A stretch of 64,000 nucleotides of DNA, taken from positions 1 to 64,000 of the IMG/VR virus record IMGVR_UViG_3300036780_000012. One strand, 5' to 3'. The notes beneath the pieces were generated by a model. That model saw only the letters and a list, made by a program, of their open reading frames with translations. It did not search any database and was not told the DNA's origin. Numbering within the stretch: position 1 is the stretch's first letter; each line of letters opens with the position of its first letter. Positions 19,981 through 29,390 of this stretch are shown piece after piece. The stretch is from a virus. The position numbers and the translations under genes were made by a program.

Positions 19981-20339
19981 GCTCCGCGCATCCTAGTGGC
20001 GACGGCATAATTAAATCCGCGATTCCCGTATGGACCAATACTTTGCACGCGCCATCGCTGCCCGCCATAAAGCAGTATGTCGCTTATTACCCCTCGCTGC
20101 TCGCTAGTCTCATAGATCGTGGTTGATGTTATAAACATACGAGCTCCATGAACGCGATCAGCTTCGGGAATCATCTCCAGGTAAATGTCTTGAGCCACGG
20201 TAACGATGCCATATGCCTGAATATTTTGCGGGGTATTTGCCAACAAGCCACCGACACCGAATGCCACAGTAGTACGCAGGATAGTAAATGCCTGCGCTAT
20301 ATCTGGGTTTGTTACTGAATCTAGGAGAGCGGAGATCAT
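19977..20339 (-). CDS. Head closure/head-tail connector
   Basis: Size, LEMIPEADR...SDILLYGGQRWRV pattern, synteny. Confidence 0.7.
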   Translation of the reverse strand: MISALLDSVTNPDIAQAFTILRTTVAFGVGGLLANTPQNIQAYGIVTVAQDIYLEMIPEADRVHGARMFITSTTIYETSEQRGVISDILLYGGQRWRVQSIGPYGNRGFNYAVATRMRGA

Positions 20340-20839
20340 CAGCCTTGTGCGTAAACAATCACGTAGTCTTGTATCGGAGTAGTGCCGCCGTCCAAGTAGC
20401 AGAGCGCATTCGCTGCTGGTACGGTTCCGAGAAAGAAGCCTGTAGTATTCACTAACGTGTTGGCCGTCGTAGTTATGGCCGGCAAGAATACATGCTGCCC
20501 CGTTCCGCAGTTAGTGCCAGTCCCATAGACCAAACTGAAAGTGGGTGTAGTACCGCTAACTCCTACGACTGTTACCTTGCAAACATAGATTGGTGTTCCT
20601 GAGGGAACGGCTATCAACTGTACCGCCGCTGTTCCAGCAGTAGCACCTAGTAGCGTAGTAGTAGTCTTAGATTGGTCGCAGGAATTGTAAGACTGCTGGG
20701 CGTGGACGATATAGGGCTTAGTCTTGTTATCGTGTAGATTTATTAGAACTGCGAGCGCTACTATTCCCGTAAACACTGTAAGAGGAAACCAGAATAACCG
20801 TACAGTGGTTTTTGCTACTTCTATAATCTTCTTCATCAT
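20339..20839 (-). CDS. Exported/membrane-anchored Cys-containing beta-sandwich protein
   Basis: N-terminal TM, VHAQQ cleavage-like site, YGTGTNCGTG. Confidence 0.6.
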   Translation of the reverse strand: MMKKIIEVAKTTVRLFWFPLTVFTGIVALAVLINLHDNKTKPYIVHAQQSYNSCDQSKTTTTLLGATAGTAAVQLIAVPSGTPIYVCKVTVVGVSGTTPTFSLVYGTGTNCGTGQHVFLPAITTTANTLVNTTGFFLGTVPAANALCYLDGGTTPIQDYVIVYAQG

Positions 20840-20849
20840 AGGAAACCCT

Positions 20850-21431
20850 CTACGCGAGAACCTGATACCAGATCGAACCAACCGCTCGACTGACTCCGCC
20901 AAGAAGTTCGTCTACTGCCTGTTTGACTCCGAGCCAGGTCTGATTCCCATCCCAGTCGTAATCATGGCCGCAGATTATGCCTTTCGGTGCTAGCAATTGC
21001 TTCCATGCCAAAATGTCTGCTTTGACATCGCGGTACTCATGCGAGCCGTCAATAAACACCATATCGAAGGGCGCGACGTTCTGACTTAGCAGTTGACTAG
21101 CGGCACTTGTACTGCTCATGCGCATCGCAGTCAGGTTAGTTAACCCGGAGATGTTGGCGAGGAATTGCGCGTGCAGCCAGTTGCGATTCTGCCTCTTCAA
21201 CATTTCCTTGTGTTCGCCGCTTCCCGACCAAGTATCAACTACAAGAACTGTTCCCGGACAATTATCGGCTAATGCCCGAGTACTGCGGCCCATCCATGAG
21301 CCAATCTCTACCACGCGGTGACTAACGGAACCCATTTCAGCCAGCCATATCATCTCCGCCTCATCCATCCAGCCCTCAATGGTTAGAGCGCGTGTGATGT
21401 TTATGCTGACTTCTGGAGTTGTTCTGGGCAT
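20850..21431 (-). CDS. Class I SAM methyltransferase (Methyltransf_24-like)
   Basis: EIGSWMGRST, FIDGSHEY and GHDY motifs. Confidence 0.85.
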   Translation of the reverse strand: MPRTTPEVSINITRALTIEGWMDEAEMIWLAEMGSVSHRVVEIGSWMGRSTRALADNCPGTVLVVDTWSGSGEHKEMLKRQNRNWLHAQFLANISGLTNLTAMRMSSTSAASQLLSQNVAPFDMVFIDGSHEYRDVKADILAWKQLLAPKGIICGHDYDWDGNQTWLGVKQAVDELLGGVSRAVGSIWYQVLA

Positions 21432-22075
21432 CTTCCGTTGAACGGAACAGTGAATACTTCTTTGCCGTTATCGCCACCCCATTTAGCTCGGTAGTATGCC
21501 GCGTGCAGGGGATAAACGATGCTGTTGAGGAATCGCAATTTAGGGTCGGCTTTGAGTGTTTGGCTAGGTTCATGCTTGACAGGTAGGCCGGAGTCCAACG
21601 TTAGGTAACTGGCAAGGCGCAAGCGACGATAGTAATCACAGTCTGAGAGATACCAAGGCAGATTTACGTCCCATGGACCAACTGCCATACATGCCTTGAC
21701 ATTCAATGCTACAAGGGCATCGTAGGCAGTAAAAATGCATCCCCAAATACCACCTATATCATTCTCAGTGTCATCTGCGACTCGGCATTGTCGAAGAAGT
21801 TCATCTCCGTGCCCCTTTAAGGCTTCGGCATCGGAGTGCATAAAGAGACAATACTTTCGCTTCCATTCCTTCGCCATTTGCAAACCGAAGTTCATAGTCT
21901 GAGCAAACGTTAATGGACTGCGCGGATGTATGAACCCACTTAAGCCCCGAGGAAGCCCACAGCCTTCTTCTGAATTGTCTATGACGGACGGTCCCAATTG
22001 TTGCACAGAAATACACGCCCGTTTCAGTAAATCAGGTCGGTTGACATAGGGAATGAATAGACAGTAATCCTTCAT
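21401..22075 (-). CDS. Glycosyltransferase, GT2/GT-A-like
   Basis: IPYVNR.DLL, VIDNS, HSD and Y.SDCDY..R motifs. Confidence 0.75.
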   Translation of the reverse strand: MKDYCLFIPYVNRPDLLKRACISVQQLGPSVIDNSEEGCGLPRGLSGFIHPRSPLTFAQTMNFGLQMAKEWKRKYCLFMHSDAEALKGHGDELLRQCRVADDTENDIGGIWGCIFTAYDALVALNVKACMAVGPWDVNLPWYLSDCDYYRRLRLASYLTLDSGLPVKHEPSQTLKADPKLRFLNSIVYPLHAAYYRAKWGGDNGKEVFTVPFNGRCPEQLQKSA

Positions 22076-23238
22076 GCTGCTACCAAACTTTCTTTCGAGG
22101 GGGATTGAACTGGCTTAACGCCATCTTCCAACCAAGAGCGCCAGCGAGTCCAGACGTTTCTCCAGTCGAGTTCCTCGGGGAGTTCCCCGCGTATCCCAAT
22201 AGAAGTCTCAATTTGCGTAGTCCAATTTTGGACTGAGAATACCGGACGGGAAGCGCCATAAATTCCATCGCTACGCAGAGCGATAGGTTCGACTAACTGC
22301 CATGGTCGCATCCATTCCGCCGCCCCGCCATAGTTACCATGCACACATGGCGTTCCGCACGCTAGTGACTCGAATATCGGATAACCGAATCCCTCACCGG
22401 ACCCGATACCAAGCGTTACATCACAGGCAGAGTAGTTCTCCGCCATCGCTTCATCCGAAAGCATTCCAGTAGTAACGCGCGCTTGCTGGATACCGAAGTC
22501 TTGAAGCAATCCGGGTATATCCCACTCACGAACGAGCGTATCTGTATGCAGCCAGAGTTCTATGTTTTTAGACTTCGCTAACTCCGCACAAGTCGCTATC
22601 CCTAGTCCCCAATCCTTACGCCGCTGATTCGTTGCGACAATTCCAATCCGTAGAGCTTCGGATGGCTTCCGTTCGCGGGGATAGAACACCGATGTATCAA
22701 TGCCATGCGGTAACGCTTCGAACTCGCATCCATCAAAGGTACGGCTTAGTATCTTCGCGGCCCACTCCGAGTACGCTAGAACGCGGTCATAGCCTTCAAT
22801 CGTTGCTTTCAGCACGCTTCCGAGTTTATCGTTCGGGCCAGTCGCATCTATTGGCAGATAGCCCCACTTCTTAAATAGTTTGCGCTCTAGAAATGACTTC
22901 ACGTACGGATCGGGGCAATACTCCGGCCTTGTAAACCAGAGCAATCGACTGACATCCCAAACAGTAAGCACTATGCCTTGCTGATCTCCTGCGAAGTCTT
23001 CCCAAACACTTGGCAGCGTTCGAGCCACCCAGCCCATAGAAGTATTATTGCCGAGAGACTCCATGTTGTACTGCTGAAATCCTAGTGCCTGCGAACCTGT
23101 ACCATTAGCCCCGTAGGTAGCTACACGAAACTTTGGACAGTAGCGAGCAATGCGAGTAGCTAAGTCGCGGACAATGCGCCCTAGTCCAGAGGAAGCGGTT
23201 GGAGCATCACCTAACAACAGTAGTGGAATAGGTCTCAT
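22072..23238 (-). CDS. Glycosyltransferase family 4 (GT-B)
   Basis: HGID..VFYP, NQRRK and EGFGYPIFESLACGTP (E-x7-E) motifs. Confidence 0.9.
   Translation of the reverse strand: MRPIPLLLLGDAPTASSGLGRIVRDLATRIARYCPKFRVATYGANGTGSQALGFQQYNMESLGNNTSMGWVARTLPSVWEDFAGDQQGIVLTVWDVSRLLWFTRPEYCPDPYVKSFLERKLFKKWGYLPIDATGPNDKLGSVLKATIEGYDRVLAYSEWAAKILSRTFDGCEFEALPHGIDTSVFYPRERKPSEALRIGIVATNQRRKDWGLGIATCAELAKSKNIELWLHTDTLVREWDIPGLLQDFGIQQARVTTGMLSDEAMAENYSACDVTLGIGSGEGFGYPIFESLACGTPCVHGNYGGAAEWMRPWQLVEPIALRSDGIYGASRPVFSVQNWTTQIETSIGIRGELPEELDWRNVWTRWRSWLEDGVKPVQSPSKESLVAA
22220..22233. repeat. Dispersed palindrome copy 2 (GTCCAATTTTGGAC)
   Basis: Inside GT4 gene, read as VQNWT. Confidence 0.85.
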
Positions 23239-23504
23239 TGCAGAATTCTACTCCCGCGAGTCAAGCGATCCTGCTCAAGCTTGATCCCAATAGCCATGCC
23301 GTACCAGACCGCTATCTCTACGGTAAGTGCCGGAGTACATCCCGGAGTTGACATGCACTGCTCGGTGACTTGCGCCAGTAGATGTAGAACAGGACGTTCA
23401 TGCGCCTGGACCTCGATACGAAGCTTATCCATAAGCGCCCGCCGCGAATCGGAGTCATCCTTGAGAAATTCAGAAATCGTGTTCGTTACGTCGTAGGGGA
23501 TCAT
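23235..23504 (-). CDS. Hypothetical protein
   Basis: Tightly packed in operon. Confidence 0.55.
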   Translation of the reverse strand: MIPYDVTNTISEFLKDDSDSRRALMDKLRIEVQAHERPVLHLLAQVTEQCMSTPGCTPALTVEIAVWYGMAIGIKLEQDRLTRGSRILQ

Positions 23505-23507
23505 AAA

Positions 23508-24026
23508 TTATTCCTGTGGATTGGGCGCATTGAATGCCCAAGGTCCAGCCCATGCGCCCATGCTACCGAATCTGCCTCCGCATCCCCCGCCTACGTATAG
23601 CGGTCCAGCACCCATGATATTGATTAGGCGCTTCAGCCGAATACCGTAAGTCGTGAAATTCCAATGTCCTGCATCCAACTCCAGCGTAGCAGCAGTATTG
23701 TAAGTCACCGTAACATTAGCCCCACTCGATGCCGCGATAGAGCCTTTAGCGATACCGGGAACTGTCTGATCACCGCCCTGCTCTGACCAAGCCTCTAGAG
23801 CTACATTGTGTGCAACGAACAATTCGCAGGCCGTGTAATACATGTTACCCCAGCGCGATTGATTCAGCATCACTACGGCCATCTGCAGCCAGTAAGCGAT
23901 AGAGTCAGGCGAAATCTGTAAGGCGTTAGGGTCTGAGTTTCCGCTCGTATCGAACCTAGGATAGTCCGCAAGGAACTGCGCCGATGTAGGAGCTATGCTC
24001 GGATTCGCGATCGGACCAGAGGACAC
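23508..24026 (-). CDS. Head-tail adaptor (DUF4054)
   Basis: FLADYPRF, ELFVAH and WNFTTYG motifs. Confidence 0.85.
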   Translation of the reverse strand: MSSGPIANPSIAPTSAQFLADYPRFDTSGNSDPNALQISPDSIAYWLQMAVVMLNQSRWGNMYYTACELFVAHNVALEAWSEQGGDQTVPGIAKGSIAASSGANVTVTYNTAATLELDAGHWNFTTYGIRLKRLINIMGAGPLYVGGGCGGRFGSMGAWAGPWAFNAPNPQE

Positions 24027-24027
24027 T

Positions 24028-24849
24028 TTAACTCAATCCTGTACTACCTTCAGCGATCTTGTTCCCGATGTTTCTACCTTTAGCGACGGCTTCACCGATA
24101 CCGATAGCATCTGTCTGATGTTCTCCTATTTCCATAGCCTCGGAACCTTCTACCAAGTCATCCTTCGCCTTCTTGTGCTCTGACTCCTCTTTTTCTTCTT
24201 CCGCCCACTTCTCGAAGCTTTCATCACCGGGTCCTTGTTTACGGAAATGAGCACCAATATTTGTATTTATAGCTTTATTGACTTTCCCCGATCCTGGCTG
24301 TCCTGCACTACTCGGTTCATGTTTCTTTTGATAACTTTCGGCATAGCGCGATACGGCACGAAGATTAACACCTTTTTGTGATTTTCTGGCTAGCCTCTCT
24401 TCTGGGGTCGAATCATTTTCGGCGTCTTCCGCAATAGCGCTCGGCATTGCTCCCGAAGTCAAAGGTTCTGTTCCCGGTATTCCTCCATGTTCGCGGGATG
24501 TGAGATTATCGCTTCTGCTATCAGGCGGAGAACTCTGAGTTGGCTGAACCTCATCTCCAACCCCAGCACCATGCCATGTCTTGATACTGGCGGGACCGAC
24601 ACGAGTACCAGCAAGCATAGGCGCTGCCTCTTCGCGCGGGGCTGGACCAAGATTGCCCCAATAACTTTCATTCTTCTTATTCACTTCCGATGCCGTCATA
24701 GCCGTTTCCGCATCCTTGGCTTTTCCACCTTGAGGATGAGCGGTATGCAAAGCGGCAGCTACTGCCTGCTTCGCAGGGTGACCATGCTCGACCATTTCGT
24801 GAATGTTCTTACTTATTGTTGCGGGACTTGTTCCCTTTACGAGAGGCAT
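24028..24849 (-). CDS. Low-complexity head-associated protein with conserved MPLxKG...ISxNI...KQAVA N-terminus
   Basis: Start moved to MPLVKG; motif is common in phage head regions. Confidence 0.55.
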   Translation of the reverse strand: MPLVKGTSPATISKNIHEMVEHGHPAKQAVAAALHTAHPQGGKAKDAETAMTASEVNKKNESYWGNLGPAPREEAAPMLAGTRVGPASIKTWHGAGVGDEVQPTQSSPPDSRSDNLTSREHGGIPGTEPLTSGAMPSAIAEDAENDSTPEERLARKSQKGVNLRAVSRYAESYQKKHEPSSAGQPGSGKVNKAINTNIGAHFRKQGPGDESFEKWAEEEKEESEHKKAKDDLVEGSEAMEIGEHQTDAIGIGEAVAKGRNIGNKIAEGSTGLS

Positions 24850-25402
24850 TGGAATCCTCTTTCCTGATCTCAGTCTGAAGATTTTCCTCGAACTCTTCTG
24901 GCACTTCAGTTTCGTCCTCAACTGGCGCAGCCGTTCTTGAATCTAACTCTTTCGGCTTCCAGTCGGTAACTTCCGCATGAAACTTAGCCCGCGCCATCGG
25001 GTCTAGCTGCTTTACGAACTCAACCGCCGCTTCCACGCTACTAATCTGCACGCCTTGCGACTGCAGGAACTTCACATGCTTATCGGTTAAGCCCAGCGTA
25101 TCGGGAGCAGTCTTTTGATATACCGTCACTCCATTCTTTTTCAGGTGCGAATGATACTGAAGGCTAACCGGCACGGCTTGCGTCCCAGCCTGAAATACAA
25201 CTAGGCCACCGTAATTGTCGAGGTTGAGCGCGACTTTATGCGGGAACCTCATCATCACGGTAGGTTCATCAGCTAGAACTGGCGGGATAATCGTTCTATC
25301 AGTTCTTGTTGAGTTAGGTGTATATTGCCCCAGCGTAAGACTATTCGGACGTGGGGGAGGATCAACGGAAGTCATTAGGGGAATCGTTTCTTGCGGTGAC
25401 AT
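24809..25402 (-). CDS. Hypothetical protein downstream of capsid gene
   Basis: SD AGGAG; extended -10 TGTTATAAT at 25432-25424. Confidence 0.6.
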   Translation of the reverse strand: MSPQETIPLMTSVDPPPRPNSLTLGQYTPNSTRTDRTIIPPVLADEPTVMMRFPHKVALNLDNYGGLVVFQAGTQAVPVSLQYHSHLKKNGVTVYQKTAPDTLGLTDKHVKFLQSQGVQISSVEAAVEFVKQLDPMARAKFHAEVTDWKPKELDSRTAAPVEDETEVPEEFEENLQTEIRKEDSNASRKGNKSRNNK

Positions 25403-25453
25403 GATCGGTACTCCTTTTGGTTAATTATAACAAGAGCGCGGTGGCTCGCGCTC

Positions 25454-26665
25454 TCACGACAATCCGCTAGCATACCCAAGGGTCTCGGGGTACACAATCT
25501 CCAACGCTCCAAGACGCGCGAAGTACGTTGTCTTATGGTACATCCCATCATACTGCACCGGAGTCCGTTGCAGCATAGTCATGGGATAACGAACGCGCTT
25601 CTTGTCCTTGGTATAGGCGCACATAATATCGTACCCAGCGCCCCCGGTTCCAATAGTCCCGCCTGACGCTACGCCCTGACACCATTTACAGGGGAAGATA
25701 GTTAACTTGCCACGCCCTGAAGTAGTCAGGATATTGTTTTCCTGAATGTACTTCAGGATGCTGACGTTACCGGCCGTGGAGATAATCGACGTGCTGATTA
25801 ACCCAAAAGCAGTAGGCGGAATCAGCAAGCGATCCGGAACTACAGCCCATGCCGAGTTGGCCCAGACCGAAGTCAGCAAGGTATTGACATCTGTAGCGAC
25901 AGCAACGTAATTGCCTGCCGCAATCTTGCTGGCCCAAGTCGTATTGCTGCTCACGGTAGCCACAGGAGCGTTATAGCCTACCTCCTGTACTCCCGCCGTT
26001 GTATTAAGTAGCCCTGTAATCAGCGGAGTGCTCGTCTGCAGCGGATTACGCAGCGTGGTATCGCCGACGTATACTTGCTCGTCGATATCCATCTGGTGTT
26101 TGAGTTGCAGCCCTTCATACTTCTGCTGGTCTATCGGACGACCGAGCCTCGCTGCTGACTCCAGTTCCATAATCGTGTACTTCAGTTCAATCGCCCATGG
26201 AGTGAGCGGATTAGGAATCTTCGCAATATCTACGTCAATTCCGGTGATTTGATCCGTATTCTTGCCCATCCAAGCCTTGCCGTTTCCGATGGTCTGACCC
26301 GCGCCAAGTCCGCCAGCGGATGCATAGGTAGAGATAGTGTAACTGCTGATTTCATCGGCTATCGTGACATCTTCCCGCAAATCAATGTCTCGACCCCAAG
26401 TTACCGAAGCCAATGGATCATGCAAAGTTTGATCCAATCGCTCCAATTCCCCTACCAAGAACGCACCGGTTGAATCAACCGTGCGCCCATCGTGGGTAGT
26501 CTCGACGCGCTTCAGTTTCTTGCCAGGCGCATCGCCTTCGCCCGATTGCACCAGTCTCATGGCATCATCGAACGTCATCATTGCATCGCGCGTCCGACCA
26601 GCCACGATCTTACGGTTACCTAGATTTGGCAGGTACGGACTGTGAATCGCTTCCGAGTTCGTCAT
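25454..26665 (-). CDS. Major capsid protein (DUF2184 family)
   Basis: GAFLVGELERLD, TWGRDIDLREDV, HQMDIDEQVYVGD and IVYPET motifs. Confidence 0.92.
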   Translation of the reverse strand: MTNSEAIHSPYLPNLGNRKIVAGRTRDAMMTFDDAMRLVQSGEGDAPGKKLKRVETTHDGRTVDSTGAFLVGELERLDQTLHDPLASVTWGRDIDLREDVTIADEISSYTISTYASAGGLGAGQTIGNGKAWMGKNTDQITGIDVDIAKIPNPLTPWAIELKYTIMELESAARLGRPIDQQKYEGLQLKHQMDIDEQVYVGDTTLRNPLQTSTPLITGLLNTTAGVQEVGYNAPVATVSSNTTWASKIAAGNYVAVATDVNTLLTSVWANSAWAVVPDRLLIPPTAFGLISTSIISTAGNVSILKYIQENNILTTSGRGKLTIFPCKWCQGVASGGTIGTGGAGYDIMCAYTKDKKRVRYPMTMLQRTPVQYDGMYHKTTYFARLGALEIVYPETLGYASGLS

Positions 26666-26714
26666 AGTCTATTGATTCTCCTTTACTGAATGTTGTTACT
26701 CAGTCCGCACTACC

Positions 26715-27383
26715 TTATGCATGGAAAATTAACTCTCCAACGTAGTTCGCATCCCAGCCGCCTTGATAAACAGTCCGCGGGACAGTACCTACCTGAATCA
26801 CTGAGCCCGAGTCAGTAGCTTCCCAGAGCCCTTGAACATGAGCGCCGGAAGTAACTGCCGTCCAGATGAAGGCTGGTCCGCCCTTTACCGGAGCATTGTC
26901 CACATTATTGAATGGGATGGAGATGTACCCAAACTTCAGTACATCCATCAGACCACCAGTCGGAGGGGTAGCCGAGCCAATTGTCGCCGATAACGGCAGC
27001 GTGCCAGTGGTTTGAGAGATTGGATATGGACGTACAGTGATACCGTATACGTCCGTCAGCCCCGAGTCGCCAGCAACTAGCGGACGAACGCCCTCAGTCG
27101 TAGGATCGATGACTACACCCTGTCCGTAATACAGCGGAGGAGCAGTAGAGTCAATCAATACGGGTTCAATCGACGCAGGATGAGTCCGGTTAACTGCTCC
27201 GGCAAATCCAGCAAGCATACGAAAGTCAATCGCAATATCGCGAGTTCTTCCCGCATCCTTCATGCGCCGATCCCTTGCAATAGCCGCATAGCGCTTTAAG
27301 CCTAGCGGCGACTGCTCCAAGCAATCCGGGTCATAATGGTGGCGGCCCGTAGCCAGTAATTCTTTTAGCTCGTTCCACTTCAT
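26715..27383 (-). CDS. Capsid decoration/cement protein
   Basis: RM..GFAGAVNR, YG..VRPYP; between prohead and capsid genes. Confidence 0.75.
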   Translation of the reverse strand: MKWNELKELLATGRHHYDPDCLEQSPLGLKRYAAIARDRRMKDAGRTRDIAIDFRMLAGFAGAVNRTHPASIEPVLIDSTAPPLYYGQGVVIDPTTEGVRPLVAGDSGLTDVYGITVRPYPISQTTGTLPLSATIGSATPPTGGLMDVLKFGYISIPFNNVDNAPVKGGPAFIWTAVTSGAHVQGLWEATDSGSVIQVGTVPRTVYQGGWDANYVGELIFHA

Positions 27384-27422
27384 AATCTAATTCTCCTCTC
27401 GAACAATTTTTACTACGGGTCG

Positions 27423-28826
27423 TTACTTGTACATCTCTGCCAAACGCTTATTCATGTCGGCAGGCGTCTTGATCTTGCCTACCGCACCAGAGCCACCACC
27501 GCTGGCTGTATTACGGTCCTCCGTGGAGTTGCTTCGGGTATTGTTCAGCATCCGCTTATAGCCGCCAACGGAACGGAATACAGTACGTACTTCGTCGCAC
27601 GTCATGCGCTTCATATCGCGGCTACTGAGTACTCCATCCATGTAGGACTTCAACTCTGGTTGTGTATGGGCCAGTTCAAGGACACCGCGACGGAACTGGC
27701 AAACCGCGTCTAGAGTCTTGCGCGGAGCAGCTTTAGCATCGAACGTTGGAGCTTGGTAGCCAGGAGTAATGATCTCAGCCAGACTCACGGTTTCCTGCCA
27801 ACTATCTACGAAGTAAGCCGAGTCCTTGGCTTTCTTAGCCTCATCACCCGTTCCCGGAGGTGCTTCCATCTCCAGCGAGCCTTCGATGGCCGTATTGTCC
27901 TTGGTCTTCTCTTCTTCCTCTTCCTCTTCTTTTTTCTTCTTTTCGAACTCATCTTTCATTGACTTAACATCTTTGCCGATGGTGTCAACGGCATCCTCGA
28001 CCTTCTTCATGCGGGCATCGAGAGCGCGATCCTTCATCTTCGCGTCTTTGCATTTAGCGCAATCGCAGTCCTCTTTGTGCTCGGCATCCCGAGTCATGCT
28101 TGAAATAGTTCTAAGCTGCTCCGTAGTTAGAGCAACCGTATCTCCCTTCGGGGCTTCGGCTAGAGCGGCATTTAAGGCCGCCTCGTCCTTACCCGCGAAA
28201 GCGGCTTTCACTTTATCAATCCAGCTCATAGCACAATCCTCCGTGTTTATAGTTTTTTTGTCACCAATTGCACAACGCGGACCGCAACGTCCGTTTTCTA
28301 CCAAAGCCACATGATTCCCAATGATATTGAATTGCCGATAACGGGCAGGTCCTGTCTTCTCATACTTCGCCTGATATCCACAACTGACTTCGCGCAAACC
28401 ATCGCGCACCGCTTCAATATCGTCTTTATTAGTGATTAAGAGATCGGCTATCGCTACATCGTCTTGCGCTGCTTCTCCGCGCCTCACTCTCAATACGACA
28501 CCTGAGGCTAATCGACGCCAATTATCCGGAGTAACATCATCATCCGGATGCGAGTTAACGACAGGCTTACCTTCAAAGCTAGCAAGGGTTTCGGGACGGA
28601 ATACATCCTCTGCCGAGCGGTCTACATAGGAAATGCCATCGAGTCCGGTTTCTAGTGGTTGCACTTCGCCGTCAATCTCGGTATAGACCTCGCCGGGACC
28701 ATAGAGCATCTGTCCCGTGCGATAGATTGGCGTATTCTCACATAACAGGAATCCCTCGGGTGTAAGCGATTGCTTCTGCCCAAGACGCTCCCGTATGAAG
28801 TACGTTTGCTTTTGACCGACGATCAT
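27423..28826 (-). CDS. DUF2213 prohead protease/scaffold
   Basis: TPEGFLLC, SFEGKPV, EVSCGY and NHVALV..GRCG..C.IGD motifs. Confidence 0.92.
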   Translation of the reverse strand: MIVGQKQTYFIRERLGQKQSLTPEGFLLCENTPIYRTGQMLYGPGEVYTEIDGEVQPLETGLDGISYVDRSAEDVFRPETLASFEGKPVVNSHPDDDVTPDNWRRLASGVVLRVRRGEAAQDDVAIADLLITNKDDIEAVRDGLREVSCGYQAKYEKTGPARYRQFNIIGNHVALVENGRCGPRCAIGDKKTINTEDCAMSWIDKVKAAFAGKDEAALNAALAEAPKGDTVALTTEQLRTISSMTRDAEHKEDCDCAKCKDAKMKDRALDARMKKVEDAVDTIGKDVKSMKDEFEKKKKEEEEEEEKTKDNTAIEGSLEMEAPPGTGDEAKKAKDSAYFVDSWQETVSLAEIITPGYQAPTFDAKAAPRKTLDAVCQFRRGVLELAHTQPELKSYMDGVLSSRDMKRMTCDEVRTVFRSVGGYKRMLNNTRSNSTEDRNTASGGGSGAVGKIKTPADMNKRLAEMYK

Positions 28827-29390
28827 TGTAGACGTTCGATAGTGGCCGAAGCCTTGGAAGCCGTCAGCGTCCCGCTGGCCAGAGTCAGTTTTACGACCAT
28901 GGCCGTTGCGGAGCCGTCAGTATCGTAAGTCTGGCAACCGCTATAATTCGAAGCCGCGCTCGTGGTAAACGTGAGCGCAGGAGCCGCAGTCCCTGTCTGA
29001 GTCAATGACAGATTAGTAGGTGTCTGAGCATTACCGTTGGAGTCCTTCCAGGTCATACTCCAACCGACTACAGCAGATGTTGCCGTCGCTACAGAGAATG
29101 TAATACACGCCCGATAGGTAACCAGCAGATGATGGCGGAGTAACGGATAGTAGACTCGTATCAGCAGCAGTCTCTGACTTCTGTAAGGTCTTACCTACAA
29201 CGGTTGGATAGCAGGTAATATTGAATGCGCTTGTTAAAGTCGCACTGCATCCCGAAAGCAGGTTAATTACTGGTGGTACGCTCGACACGACTCCAACCGA
29301 GGAGCCATTGTTATTCACTTGCAGTGTTCCACCTTGCGCGACGCAGAAGGTGGTAGCGAAAAGGAACAGGCAAGACAATAGCGTTTTCAT
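28823..29390 (-). pseudogene. Exported beta-rich protein split by a 1-nt frameshift near 29120
   Basis: Removing one T from GGT T ACC joins ORFs 29031-29390 and 28823-29056 into PPSSAGTYRACITFSV...WKDSNG. Confidence 0.65.

Noticed and set aside
25433-25454. Hairpin after the capsid gene as a terminator
   Set aside because: 8-bp stem but no convincing U tract; may only stabilise the mRNA
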